In this document: positions 34,147-45,452 of the stretch, one piece after another
Layout of the letters: each line of letters begins with the position of its first letter
Numbering within the stretch: position 1 is the stretch's first letter
Source: Naegleria gruberi
Lineage: Eukaryota
Assembly (NCBI GenBank): GCA_000004985.1
Contig: GG738911.1
Length of the DNA stretch: 64,000 nt
Reading direction: 5' to 3' (one strand)
The notes under the pieces: generated by a model
The model's input: the letters and a program-made list of their open reading frames with translations, nothing else
What the model was told of the DNA's origin: nothing
The model's database searches: none
Position numbers and translations under genes: made by a program

Positions 34147-35727
34147 ATGGCAATTCAAAGTAACAAGAAGAGAAAACACGAACCATCATCACAGCCTTCC
34201 GATAACGATGATGAAAAAATGTCAAACGATCCAAATTTCGAATCAGTTTTATTTGATGAAATGACACAAGTCAATTGTCAATTAATTTCATTGGCCAATA
34301 AGGTGAAACAAGTCGATTATCACTATTTCTTGAATAATAGTGGTATGATTGATGAATTTATTGGAAATATTCACGAGTTTTTAAAACAGGTAGATATTCA
34401 CAGAAAGCAAGTTTCGTTCACTCGGTTGAGTGCCGATAGTTTGTCTCATATTTTTCAATTCTTGGATACTACAACTCTGAAGAATCATTGTGGTTTGGTT
34501 TCTAAATTGTGGAATCAATCAGTAGAAGGATTGAAAGTGAGAGTGAGACCTCTCAATGTTGATAATTTATTGAATAGTTCATTAATTAAGAAAGTTTCCA
34601 GTTTGAAATTGGTTAATCCTACTGCTAATACCTTTAAATCAATTGCAAAGAGTAGAAATTTGGTCAATTTGCAAACATTGGATTTATCTGACCACAAGTT
34701 ATCAAAAACTGCTATTGGACATGTGAAGAAATTTCAAGTGCCAAATTTAACAGAATTGAAATTGTGTAAAATGAAAAAATTTACAGAAAAAGAAGTTGCA
34801 AAGGAATTGTTTCATAGCAAGTTCATGTCAAATATTAAGAAATTGTATTTATCACATTCCTTTGAAGGTTCTTCAAAGAGTTTTATTGAATCAATTTCAG
34901 AATCCAAATACATGAATCAAATCACTCATTTGAACATTAATAATACATATATCGACAAATATAACAAGGATACTGGAATTGATAAATTCTTGAAAGATAA
35001 AATCAATTTAGAACATTTGGAAATGGAATTTTATCGATTGAGTGTTCATCCCAATTTATTGACAAGTGGAAATTATAAGAATCTCACATATCTTAACATA
35101 TCTAATTGTTTTGTTTCAAATCAAGAATTTGTAGATTTGATTCTTTCTCCCAATTTACCTAAACTTACCACACTCAAGGCCAAGCGTTTAAACAATTTTT
35201 ACTGGTCTAATGCACAACCGACCCAAGCAGTTGAATTTCCTCCAAATAGGCAAAGTTCACTAACTGAATTAGATTTGGGAGATTTAACACTTCCTAAACT
35301 CTTCGATCATTGTCCGAAACTAAAGAAATTAAGTTTTAGTGATTTTGATGATGATGATAACAATAAGGAAATCCTCAACATGATGAAATCTCCAAACTTA
35401 TCAAATTTGGAATATTTGGATATTAACCATTGGAAGGGAATGTCAGAGAATCTGTTCACCAATCCAATCTATTCTAATTTAAAGGAATTATATTTAACAC
35501 CTATTCACCAGGTTGAACCATTAGATGTGAATTTAGTATCAAATTGTACAAATTTGGTCAATTTGGCAAAATTGTGTATTAAGTCTGCACATATTTTAAC
35601 CAATGATTGTTTAGAAGAATTCAATAAGAATCCAACCTTTGTCAAGTTGACAAATATTACTTTACCAACCAAGTTGGTAACTGGTTCAGATGACGATTAT
35701 TTAGATGAGGATGACGATTTCTTTTAG
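34147..35727 (+). CDS. F-box / leucine-rich-repeat protein
   Basis: F-box LSADSLSHIFQFLDTTTLKNHCGLVSKLWNQ followed by LRR-like L..L.L..N.. units; acidic C-terminus. Confidence 0.65.
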   Translation: MAIQSNKKRKHEPSSQPSDNDDEKMSNDPNFESVLFDEMTQVNCQLISLANKVKQVDYHYFLNNSGMIDEFIGNIHEFLKQVDIHRKQVSFTRLSADSLSHIFQFLDTTTLKNHCGLVSKLWNQSVEGLKVRVRPLNVDNLLNSSLIKKVSSLKLVNPTANTFKSIAKSRNLVNLQTLDLSDHKLSKTAIGHVKKFQVPNLTELKLCKMKKFTEKEVAKELFHSKFMSNIKKLYLSHSFEGSSKSFIESISESKYMNQITHLNINNTYIDKYNKDTGIDKFLKDKINLEHLEMEFYRLSVHPNLLTSGNYKNLTYLNISNCFVSNQEFVDLILSPNLPKLTTLKAKRLNNFYWSNAQPTQAVEFPPNRQSSLTELDLGDLTLPKLFDHCPKLKKLSFSDFDDDDNNKEILNMMKSPNLSNLEYLDINHWKGMSENLFTNPIYSNLKELYLTPIHQVEPLDVNLVSNCTNLVNLAKLCIKSAHILTNDCLEEFNKNPTFVKLTNITLPTKLVTGSDDDYLDEDDDFF

Positions 35728-35805
35728 AAAACAAACTAAACTAAATCATATATAATGCCTTCAAACTTCTATTTATCTGTGGGTGAAAACTACTATGAAA
35801 ACTTA

Positions 35806-37245
35806 TTAGAATAACATATCTTTTGGTCTGGCTAAATCATGCTCTTCTTCATCCTCTTCAAAGTTACTCGCCATAGATTCTGATCTTCTTCTTGATACTC
35901 CATTGTGTGAGACATGTAACATGCTCTCTCCTTCACATTCATTATCATCACAGAAAATATCTGCCTCCATATCAGTTGGTAAGGAGCAATCGTGTGTTGT
36001 AATGTCCTCCTCAGCAATATCTGGAGGTGTATGAGGTGTGAAAGAAATGTGTCTGTAAAGAACTGGCATTGGATTGGATTTGGAAGAATCTAATAACTCT
36101 GGTGAAAATGCATTCAACAAGTCACCACTAGTTGTAGGACTGGAGACTTGAAGTGTTTCCAAATTATCAAATAATGAGATATTTTGATAAATACCTCTCA
36201 TATGTACAGTTAGATAAATGTTAAATTCGTCAACATTTGAAATGTAAGGGAATGTGCCACCCTTTTTGAGTAAGCATGATCTGATATTACTGTATGATGA
36301 TGGAAATTTCTGTTGTAGCTCCGTTCTTAGAGATGATGGATAAATAGAATTTTCATCGTCCATACTTTCAATAATAGTAATACATGAATTTTGTTGTGTT
36401 GATTTGATCACTAATTTTTCCAAAATGTCTTTCGTATTGACAATTCTCTCATCACTTAATAGAGATAATCTCGATGCCAATTGTTTTTGAGAAATCTTGT
36501 CAACGTTATCGAGCATGTACTCAATAGAGTACAAAATTTCGTCATTATTCATAAATTCTCTATCCTTAAAGTGTGTAAACATATCAAACACCTTTGTACT
36601 CAATAAAAACTTGGGAGCAAGAACGTAAAAATCGTTCAGTGGAGAATATTCACTAAATATTGTAGAATTTACAAAACCATTTACAAGTATCAAACTAGAA
36701 ACCTTTTCCACATATTCTGAAGCATAATTCAGAGCTAAAAAGGCTCCAAGACCACAACCACACAGATGAACACATTGTGACTTGCTCTTGGAATTACTAA
36801 TTGAAATAGGCTCGCTGAACCTCAATTGAGGAGAAATACTAAAAATATGATTTGATGAAGAATTGCTGACCAAGTTCACAAATTTGTCAAACTCCGGAAC
36901 AAACTCATCAATAGTAGTACAATGAGAAGGAATTTCCACACTGATGAAATGAAAATCCTTTCCCTCATCAAAAATCATTGAAAATTGATTGTAAAAATCA
37001 TGAGAAGAACCACAAAAATCATGCAAAATGATGAGTGGTGGTACATTACTATCCTGATAACATTGTCTGTAGGACCAGTTCTTTCCATCAATTTTTACAT
37101 TGATGACAGGACACCTTTTTTGAAAACGTTCAAAAGTATCCTTTTGTTTTTTAAACTCGATAGGATCCACCCTGACAGGTTGTTGTTGTTGTTTCGGTGG
37201 TGAACTTAACGTGCTAACCATCAATTTCCTAGCAATAGCATTCAT
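35806..37245 (-). CDS. alpha/beta-hydrolase fold protein, maspardin (SPG21)-like
   Basis: KIDGKNWSYRQCYQDSNVPPLIILHDFCGSS... and nucleophile-elbow-like HLCGCGLGAF; acidic C-terminal tail. Confidence 0.55.
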   Translation of the reverse strand: MNAIARKLMVSTLSSPPKQQQQPVRVDPIEFKKQKDTFERFQKRCPVINVKIDGKNWSYRQCYQDSNVPPLIILHDFCGSSHDFYNQFSMIFDEGKDFHFISVEIPSHCTTIDEFVPEFDKFVNLVSNSSSNHIFSISPQLRFSEPISISNSKSKSQCVHLCGCGLGAFLALNYASEYVEKVSSLILVNGFVNSTIFSEYSPLNDFYVLAPKFLLSTKVFDMFTHFKDREFMNNDEILYSIEYMLDNVDKISQKQLASRLSLLSDERIVNTKDILEKLVIKSTQQNSCITIIESMDDENSIYPSSLRTELQQKFPSSYSNIRSCLLKKGGTFPYISNVDEFNIYLTVHMRGIYQNISLFDNLETLQVSSPTTSGDLLNAFSPELLDSSKSNPMPVLYRHISFTPHTPPDIAEEDITTHDCSLPTDMEADIFCDDNECEGESMLHVSHNGVSRRRSESMASNFEEDEEEHDLARPKDMLF

Positions 37246-37887
37246 ATTTACAATATATATTAAATTAAACTATTATTAACAAATAAATTATTATTATACA
37301 CTCTCTAGAGATTAAATAATACAATTGAAGAGAATCGCAACTCTATCCTCTTACTCGGTGCAGCACGAAAATCTTTGCAAATTGGAAAAAGGCTTTTAAT
37401 GCTGCTGGCTTTTTTTTAAACGACTACCAATCCTTTTCTAAATCGGAGAACGGAATTGGTATTGATGATTTTAATAATCTCACCAATTCCGAAGGAGTGA
37501 ATTGATTATTCTTCTCCAATCTCCAGCAAAGAAAGTATGATTGAGAGGAATTGAAAAGATGATCTAGATAACATTTGGATGACGAAAATTTGATTTTTGT
37601 TCAATGCCTAACAGTGAGAACCATTACAGAAGAAGAGAGATAAGAAAGGTTCGGTGTGGTTTTTATTAAGGAAGACAATTTGTCAATAGGTATAATTTGG
37701 AGGATTTGTAAATTTGCAACTGTTGAGAGATGATGATGAGGTTTTTTTATTATTAAGAAAAAATCTGTAAATCCCTACATGAGTCATTTCAAATTTTTGG
37801 AGGGAAAACTGTAAATAACATTTAGATAATAGTAATAATAACGGAAAAGAACTACATTCATATAGAACATCTAGGAATTTAGAGCAA

Positions 37888-38343
37888 ATGGAATCAAGGA
37901 AATTTGAATTAAAATCTAATTATTTAGATCTTACTTCGGAATTGTTACAAGATTTATTTAATTTATACACCAATGATAATCAGATATTTACCTATGTTTT
38001 TAAACGAGAGGAATTGGAGAAGGAGAGTACTCCATTGGAGAGGAAGGTTTCATACAGAGTTACCATCTCAAACCCAACCAAACAAAATCCCATTCCGAGT
38101 ATTGTATATTATATTAGAGTGATTTTCAGAGCTCCCTCATCCAAAGTATTGAAACACCTTGAAACATTACCATTCGTTCAACATGTTCAATTCTTTGTCG
38201 AGCACCGAAAGGAACCCTTTGAATTGGCCCTCAATATTGAGGAAGGTTTAATGAGCACCCCTAGAGAAACCATCAAGCAGGAATTTGATTTCATTGCCCT
38301 CATTAATCAATTCATGGGCAGAGAAATAAATCCCAAAATGTAA
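37888..38343 (+). CDS. hypothetical protein (151 aa)
   Basis: ORF with good context; no family recognised. Confidence 0.4.
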   Translation: MESRKFELKSNYLDLTSELLQDLFNLYTNDNQIFTYVFKREELEKESTPLERKVSYRVTISNPTKQNPIPSIVYYIRVIFRAPSSKVLKHLETLPFVQHVQFFVEHRKEPFELALNIEEGLMSTPRETIKQEFDFIALINQFMGREINPKM

Positions 38344-38751
38344 AACCTCTCAATTCCTTATAACAATTCCTTTGAATTCTCTTACTCACATTTCTCAATC
38401 CTTCTTCTTAATTGTTGTGTTTTCAAATTCTTATTCCCTTCAATCCAATTTTAAGCCTTCGAAAAATTAGTTTTAAAAATAATAAAATAAATCTTCCCAT
38501 AATTTCATAAAAATTTTCATTCTCAACAATACAACAGCCAACAACAATACATTTGTATTCACTGATGATTCAATATCTGATCTGCTACTGAAAACCATAT
38601 TTGTTGCAAACTTATATCCAACACTTTGTCTGATTAATAACGATGCTTCTCTAGATTGAGAATATCACATTCAAATAAGATTCTTTAATTTTTTGCCATT
38701 CCGATGATTGAAGATGAAGCAACAATTAATTAATTAATTTTAATTAAAAAA

Positions 38752-39735
38752 ATGATTAAAAAGAGAACCGCAAAGAATGTGTCGTTGAGAGCAAAGGAAG
38801 ATGCATCGACAATACAGCCTGCAGCCACTGCTGCTTCATCATTGAATAGTGTAGAATCATCGGATCAGAATAATCAACAAGAGGAACAAACTAATGAAAA
38901 TACAACATCAGCATCAATAACAACTGGTGAACCAGAACAAATAACATCATCGGAAAGGCTGGAGGAGGATGGAGACAATATTAATGAAACACTGGAGAAG
39001 ACAATTTTAAAACAAAAGCTGAGAAGTAGACCAAAAGGAATGCAAGCAAACTTAAAAACTGGTGATTTGTTCGATTTGGACAAGATTAAAAACAGTTCAG
39101 TGCAAAGAAAAAAGGAAAAGCTGAATATTCTGCAAGGAGGTACTCAAGGAGGTCTGGTTGATAGAAATAGTGGAGATTGGATTGCAATGAAATTAGCAAA
39201 TATGGAAAAGGCAAAGATTATGGGTTCAACATCACAATTAGCTATGGATATGGCTTTCACAGAAGCCGAATTATCAGAGCAGGACAAGAGATTATTCGAA
39301 TTTATTAAAGAACGTATGAAGGAACAAGGATATTCATACGATCAAATTGTAAATAATGATGACGAGGATGAAGGAATTGAAAAAGCAAAGAAAAAGATTT
39401 CTGTAGATATTAACGAGCTATTGGAGAAGGAAAAGAATCTCTATAAATTACCAGATGAATTAAAAGTGGAAAAGATTGATATTTCGAGTTTAACAAGACG
39501 AAAGGATAATGCCAACAAGGAAGCAAAACCTTTAACAGAGGAGGAACGACAAAAACTCTTGAGTGGTGCCATTCTAGAAGTTCCACTTTCAACAGCAGCA
39601 AAGGTGGAAAACATTAGAGAAACCAATGAGAAAGTGAAAGAATTGGAAGACAATAACAAGAGAAAATATCACCAAACTGCCTCTGATGAATATGTCTTTA
39701 CACAATACAAGAAGAAGTATGCCCATAAAAGATGA
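38752..39735 (+). CDS. HCA59 / C9orf78 (Tls1)-family nuclear protein
   Basis: NLYKLPDELKV, LLSGAILEVPLS and terminal ...YVFTQYKKKYAHKR resemble the conserved C-terminal blocks of this family; K/E-rich. Confidence 0.55.
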   Translation: MIKKRTAKNVSLRAKEDASTIQPAATAASSLNSVESSDQNNQQEEQTNENTTSASITTGEPEQITSSERLEEDGDNINETLEKTILKQKLRSRPKGMQANLKTGDLFDLDKIKNSSVQRKKEKLNILQGGTQGGLVDRNSGDWIAMKLANMEKAKIMGSTSQLAMDMAFTEAELSEQDKRLFEFIKERMKEQGYSYDQIVNNDDEDEGIEKAKKKISVDINELLEKEKNLYKLPDELKVEKIDISSLTRRKDNANKEAKPLTEEERQKLLSGAILEVPLSTAAKVENIRETNEKVKELEDNNKRKYHQTASDEYVFTQYKKKYAHKR

Positions 39736-39830
39736 TTCATTTGTCTTACATTTGCAGAGATTGTTGCATTGTTTAATCCAATTTAGAATAAGATCCAGTA
39801 ACATGATCTTTATTGAAAAATTTGATTTAA

Positions 39831-40733
39831 CTATTTATAAATTAGAATTTCTTTTGTTCCCGAATTACACAAGAACAATTCTCCATTCTTATCATTAATT
39901 ACAATACCGTACGGAGATGATAAACTTTCCAGTTCTGTCACTGTCTTCAATATATTGAATTGTCTATCTAATATGTATATTTTACCATTGGCATCAGTGA
40001 GATAGATCAATCTCGTCTTTTTTTCATACCACACACTGAAGCATCTATTTGGGGTGGTGTTTTCCAAGGTTTTGATCTTTTCCCATGTCGCAGAGTTTTC
40101 ATTGAATTTCATAATGTGTAACTGATCTACTCCACAAACAATCATTTCCTCTTCTGGAGTGAAAACCAAATCAACCAATTGTCTATCAAGATCTATTTGA
40201 ATATCATCGCGTAATTTTCCTGTCTTTGAGTCATAAACAAACATTTTCTGTGCATAATCAATTACATAAATTTCAGTTTTGAAACATTTTACACCCCAAA
40301 TATGTTGAAATTTCATTTCAGCTTTCCAAATAGGTTCTCCCACTTCCTTATTCTTTATCATTTCAGTAAAATTATACTTGAACAGCTCATTAGTTGAACT
40401 AGAAATAATCAAATTCAATTGACCAGAAAATTCTCTCTCCAAATCCAAACTATAAATCCCATCATCAAAAGGAATATGTAATAATCTTTCATGAGTGATC
40501 AAATCGTAAACAATAACAGAATTCGCACCTGCAATTAAATAATTCAACTCCTGACAAATTACCAAATTATAAATACTTGAATCATCAGGTTCGGAAAGAT
40601 TTTTAATTTTTGTAAAATTCTGAGAAAATTCAATGGAGACAGGTGAGCATAATTTCTTTTTGAATTTTGCTAATAAATTGGTGGGAATGTGTGGTTGTAG
40701 ATCGATGAGAGTGATGACAGCTTGATCATCCAT
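39831..40733 (-). CDS. NHL-like beta-propeller protein (300 aa, no signal peptide)
   Basis: Repeated blade-like units ending IVINDKNGELFLCNSGTKEILIY. Confidence 0.5.
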   Translation of the reverse strand: MDDQAVITLIDLQPHIPTNLLAKFKKKLCSPVSIEFSQNFTKIKNLSEPDDSSIYNLVICQELNYLIAGANSVIVYDLITHERLLHIPFDDGIYSLDLEREFSGQLNLIISSSTNELFKYNFTEMIKNKEVGEPIWKAEMKFQHIWGVKCFKTEIYVIDYAQKMFVYDSKTGKLRDDIQIDLDRQLVDLVFTPEEEMIVCGVDQLHIMKFNENSATWEKIKTLENTTPNRCFSVWYEKKTRLIYLTDANGKIYILDRQFNILKTVTELESLSSPYGIVINDKNGELFLCNSGTKEILIYK

Positions 40734-41151
40734 TTTTTTTTAGGTTATTAAAATTGTTCATTTTGAACTTTACAAATATTGTAAAGTCTGTGCAATGTTC
40801 TCCAAGGTCCTCATAATGCTTGGTACAAATGACTACAAATACCATGCACAATTTCCTTTTAAATAAATTGTCCAACAACAACTTGCAGCGCCTTAGTAAA
40901 AATTTGTCGCACACTTTTCACACACTTAAAAACAATTTCAAAAAAAACCCAAAATAGCTATGAAAATGCACCAAGAGATTGCCAACAAGTGGTTTGTTTC
41001 TTTTTTAACGGAATATTCATGATTTTTAACAACCGCTCTCTCTGAGAAGGGACCAAGTGTTAGCAGAGTGTGAAAATTTGCTCAATGAACGAGAATTCAT
41101 CATTCATTCCACTGATGAGTGATTGAGGTGAGTTCTCTTGCTGATGCGAAG

Positions 41152-41720
41152 GGAACAATCATTAAAGGAAGAGGCGTGTTGTGTGATTGTAAACCTGAAG
41201 AGGTGTTGCATCTCTTCTTATCGGTCACTGATGAGGAAAGAGCAAGGTACGATAGGGCAACTAAAACTATTGCAGTTTTGGAAGAGTTTGAGAAGGATGG
41301 AAGGAAGTATAGAATTAATCAATATATTCTCAATTCTCCAGGTAGGTATTGAGTAGTTTCGTATTATTATTGAATGACTGGCCAATTGTAGCATTCTTGA
41401 TTGCTGAAAGAGATTTCATTTATGTAGAGCATGTGAAAAGAGAGGGAAATGTGACAATTCTCCTTACAACGTCCATTGATGGAATGTTTCCAGAAGATAA
41501 AATTCCACAACTTGATGGAACTGTCAGAGGCACCAATTATTTCAATTATCTCAAATTGACTCAACTTGATAATGGTGATTTGGAATATATTACTCTATCA
41601 CAAGGTAATCCAAATGGCTTTATTCCACTAGCCATTTCCAATGCATTTGTTTATGAGAGACCAAAATTAATGGTCACAGCAGGAGAACAGGTTTTGAAAA
41701 AGAAATGTAAACTTGAATAA
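41152..41720 (+). CDS. START (StAR-related lipid-transfer) domain protein; 3-prime exons supported, 5-prime exon(s) unresolved
   Basis: Exon ..41341 (KGRGVLCDCKPEEVL...QYILNSP) joined by 50-nt GTAGGT..TGTAG intron (41342..41391) to 41392..41720 (FLIAERDFIYVEH...). All three frames upstream of 41119 carry stops, so a start exon must lie further 5-prime (candidate ATG about 40959 with GTTTCT donor). Confidence 0.55.
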
Positions 41721-41813
41721 ATCCAAGAAAATCACCATGATATTGAGTCTATTTCATTCCAAGAATAACTCCAATAGGATTACTTATTTGCTGCTGAATA
41801 TTCCATAATCAAA

Positions 41814-43220
41814 TCAAAGGATTGTACCCAACTTGGATTTCACATCCAATGACTGACAATTTTTAAGAACTGTTTCAAAGAATTGTGCATTATCTGGAAT
41901 GTGATTGCACCACTCGGGAAGCTGAGTGTAAAACTCGTAGCACTTCTCACCGTGGAAAGAATAATAAAAGGCGTGAAGATGAATTAAAAACTCTCCATCC
42001 TTTGGCTCCTCTTTTGAGAATCGTTCCCATTGCATTTGCATCATTTCTTTTGCACATTGAGTTTCGTCTTGCTCGTTTCGTTTCATAATTTCCCATTTTT
42101 CTGGCCAAGGATTTTCCCAATTTTCTCCCTTATCAACCAATTCAAATCCAACATCGTTAATAATTGGATATCCCATCACTCTTAAATGTTCTCTGATTTG
42201 ATGTGTTCTGCCTGTTATTGGTATAGCAATTACAATACTCCTCGATGATGCAGGGTCGTAATAGATTCTTTTCACAAGTGTATAGGCCGTGTCTGTATTC
42301 TTTGGATCTGTGCTGTCCGAGCCGTTTTCACTCGAATCAGCTCTCCAAATAAAAGTCCAATCATTTTGCTTGTAGACCATTTTGTTTTTCACATGAATAA
42401 ATCCTTCCTTATCCTTGTGGAATGATTGACCATTTAGTAAGACATGCTCTCCGCTCATATTTTCTGTTTCAGGAAATTCTCCATAAACCTGGGCCAAATA
42501 GCACTTCCTTACATTGCCCTCCTTCATAGTGTCTTGATAAGATTTGGCCAAAGCAGCATTCCAAGTATGAATAAGTACGCCACTCGTTACCTTATCCAAT
42601 CTATGAATTAAAAACAATTTCCTTCCCAAGGCACTTTCCAATAAATAATGTAAACTATTCTTTACAAATCTTCCAGCTGGATGAACTGGAATTGAAGATG
42701 GTTTATCAATTACCAAAAACTCATCATCATGATACAAAACTCGAATAAACTCTCTATAGAGAACTGGCTTTTCATTCTTCCAATCTACCGTAACAATCTG
42801 ATCATTTGATCTTAATTTATATTCCAACACTGAAACTGAAGTCGGTTTCTGAGTGGTGAGTGTAATAATTCCCTTCTCAATCATTTCCTTACTCACTTGT
42901 TCTGGCATTTTGAATTCGGAGGACAAAACTTCCATTGTCGTCTTTTTAAACCATCTCGTTCTAACATTGGTTCGATGATTGGTTTTATGCGGTTTAACGA
43001 ATTGATAAATCCCTCCAAATAATTCAAATTCACTCCTCAAATCCAATTCAATATCATCCAAAGCCTTTCCATGAGAAAATTCATTATCATCGGATAATTT
43101 TAGAATAATTTTGTAATTAATTTTAGGCTTTTGTATTATCGGCTGATGATGTTCATCATTATTTTCTTCCTGTGTTGGTGAAGAGATGACATTTTGGTCT
43201 TGCAGCATTTTTTTTAACAA
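41814..43220 (-). CDS. RluA-family RNA pseudouridine synthase (RPUSD2-like)
   Basis: HRLDKVTSGVLI catalytic motif and the surrounding RluA core; 468 aa, single exon. Confidence 0.8.
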   Translation of the reverse strand: MLKKMLQDQNVISSPTQEENNDEHHQPIIQKPKINYKIILKLSDDNEFSHGKALDDIELDLRSEFELFGGIYQFVKPHKTNHRTNVRTRWFKKTTMEVLSSEFKMPEQVSKEMIEKGIITLTTQKPTSVSVLEYKLRSNDQIVTVDWKNEKPVLYREFIRVLYHDDEFLVIDKPSSIPVHPAGRFVKNSLHYLLESALGRKLFLIHRLDKVTSGVLIHTWNAALAKSYQDTMKEGNVRKCYLAQVYGEFPETENMSGEHVLLNGQSFHKDKEGFIHVKNKMVYKQNDWTFIWRADSSENGSDSTDPKNTDTAYTLVKRIYYDPASSRSIVIAIPITGRTHQIREHLRVMGYPIINDVGFELVDKGENWENPWPEKWEIMKRNEQDETQCAKEMMQMQWERFSKEEPKDGEFLIHLHAFYYSFHGEKCYEFYTQLPEWCNHIPDNAQFFETVLKNCQSLDVKSKLGTIL

Positions 43221-43287
43221 TTTTTAAATTAAATATTTTTTAAATACTTTAAATTTTTTTGTAATATTTATTTACAATTTTTAAATA

Positions 43288-44874
43288 TTATTTATCTGAT
43301 TGCTGATCCACATTGACAGCATCATGTTCTCCCTCCTCATCATCACTCGTATCAATATCACTTGTTGTTTCCTGAATTTGCAATGAGAATGGTAACCAAC
43401 CTCCACTCGTACTCAATATGGTGGTGTGAATTGGTGGTGGTGGATTATCCACATGTCCATCGCCGCTTCCATTCGTAACTGCTTGTTGCATATCTGTGAG
43501 TTGATTTGCAGTTTCTGTATTCGAATGTATCGATCCTCCATGAATACTTGAAGTGGTGCTCTCAGTATCACTATTGGCATCACCACCAATGGGTTGTAGG
43601 AGTTGTCTTCTACAGAATGGACAAGTGAAAGATCCAGATCTCATCCATTGACTGATGCAAGTAAGGTGGAATATGTGTCCACATTCTAATTTTCTGCAAT
43701 CTTTCAATTCTTGGTGTGAAAAGTTTTCATGACAAATGGAACACAATTCCTGATGTGTTATTTCCTCGTGGATTGGTATTGGGAAATGATCTTTGAGAAG
43801 GAGTGTAATTTTCTTGTATTCTAAAAGTCTCTTTGCTTGAATTCTGAATTCATTGAAAGAGTTGTTAATAAGGGCAAAGAGGAGAACGTCAATTACAGCA
43901 AATTGCAATCCATTATTATACCAAACATGCATATAATGAGCAATTGCAATTAAGAGCAATAGAATTTCCAATACGAATTGAGTGACATAAATAGTTTCCG
44001 TATTGAAAATCAACGTCAAAAGCTTCTTTGCGAATGAAGATGGTTTTTGTTGGTTATTATTTGAATCCTTATTGATCAGATCGAAAATTTCACAAACAAA
44101 ACCTCCATACTTGGCAAAAAGTCTTGCATTCTCCAATAATAGGGTGACATTCTCATAAATAAATAGTAAATAATATGAATAGTCATTATTATAAAATCCA
44201 ATCACATAAACTGTTGCGAATAGAATCATTGCCAAGTCCACAAAGAATATAATCGAAAGTAAAATAATCAAATCCAAATGTTTCTCCTTTTGTGGATTCA
44301 AAACATCCTCCATCATTGCACTGGTCCTCACTCTACAAATAATATTAAACGTTTTCAAAATTCCAATAATTGACAACCAAACAATCCATATAATAATCTC
44401 ATTCAAATAATTAATATTTGTAAAATGATTCAGAATATAAAACACGAATAAGGTGTTAATTGTTACATAGGGAATTAATCCATTCGAAAATGCATCCTTC
44501 TCTTTCTGAGTAATATTCCCCAAAAATCTATGCAACACATATCTGCATCCATAATAGAGAGCCAAAAAGACAGTATGCAAATGCACCAACACTCCCAACT
44601 TGTTGTGCAAAATCAAATATTCATAATAATTAAAAAACTCCTCAAATAAATAAGAAAGAAATCCCTGATCTGAATCCTTATTAGTAATTGGTGAATGTAA
44701 TCTCATATTCTCTCCTCCAAACATTTGATCGCTTATTGAAGATTCCACAGATTGTTGACTTGCCAATAATTTCTGTTCGGGCACAACCACATATCGATAA
44801 TATATAAAAACTGATACAGTTAATGTGATTGAAATTAATCTCCAACTCGGAGATGTCAGTGTTCTATGAAGCAT
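43288..44874 (-). CDS. multi-pass membrane RING-H2 E3 ubiquitin ligase (TRC8/RNF145/HRD1-like architecture)
   Basis: Many hydrophobic helices followed by CSICHENF...CGHIFHLTCISQWMRSGSFTCPFC (C3H2C3 RING-H2). Confidence 0.75.
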   Translation of the reverse strand: MLHRTLTSPSWRLISITLTVSVFIYYRYVVVPEQKLLASQQSVESSISDQMFGGENMRLHSPITNKDSDQGFLSYLFEEFFNYYEYLILHNKLGVLVHLHTVFLALYYGCRYVLHRFLGNITQKEKDAFSNGLIPYVTINTLFVFYILNHFTNINYLNEIIIWIVWLSIIGILKTFNIICRVRTSAMMEDVLNPQKEKHLDLIILLSIIFFVDLAMILFATVYVIGFYNNDYSYYLLFIYENVTLLLENARLFAKYGGFVCEIFDLINKDSNNNQQKPSSFAKKLLTLIFNTETIYVTQFVLEILLLLIAIAHYMHVWYNNGLQFAVIDVLLFALINNSFNEFRIQAKRLLEYKKITLLLKDHFPIPIHEEITHQELCSICHENFSHQELKDCRKLECGHIFHLTCISQWMRSGSFTCPFCRRQLLQPIGGDANSDTESTTSSIHGGSIHSNTETANQLTDMQQAVTNGSGDGHVDNPPPPIHTTILSTSGGWLPFSLQIQETTSDIDTSDDEEGEHDAVNVDQQSDK

Positions 44875-45452
44875 CTTCTATTAATCCAATAAATTTTAAT
44901 TGTTTTCTCTCCTCAAAGTGCTCCAACAGTACTACAATCCAATACAATCCAATGTACACGTATGATGCAATTTACAACTCTCTCTCGGAGTGGTATATTA
45001 TCTGGGAATATATTTGGGTTTGTTTTTTTTGATTCGGAAATTAAAAAGCAAGAGCTGCAAATCCTCACCCAAGTCAAGATGAAAGAAGAGGAAGTAATAA
45101 TTATACAACCCCTGTAAAGTTTGTTCGGATGGAAAATGTTTAATCACGCACAGAAAGTTTTGCAAGGAATCAAAATTTTGTCTGCGGACTTGATAGATCC
45201 GATGATGAATTACTTGCCCTCAAAAGTAAATATGTTGTTGTTGGTGATGCTGAACACGTGTTGCTTGCAGATTGAATGATTGATACACACGTGGCTGCAA
45301 TGGGGATTATCAAGGTATTTTTTTAGCGGAAACTTGGGAGAAACTTTGCATTTCTTTTATAATGGCTCTATTAGTCATTTTGTCTGGTGTCGTTGATCCA
45401 ACGATTATTAAGCTATTTTGAATTCATACAATGGAAGTTTGATTTCAATTTA

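Noticed and set aside
41240-41275. GTACGATAGGGCAACTAAAACTATTGCAG looked like a 29-nt intron
   Set aside because: Length not a multiple of 3 yet the ORF reads through with START-domain-like sequence. Too short compared with all verified introns.
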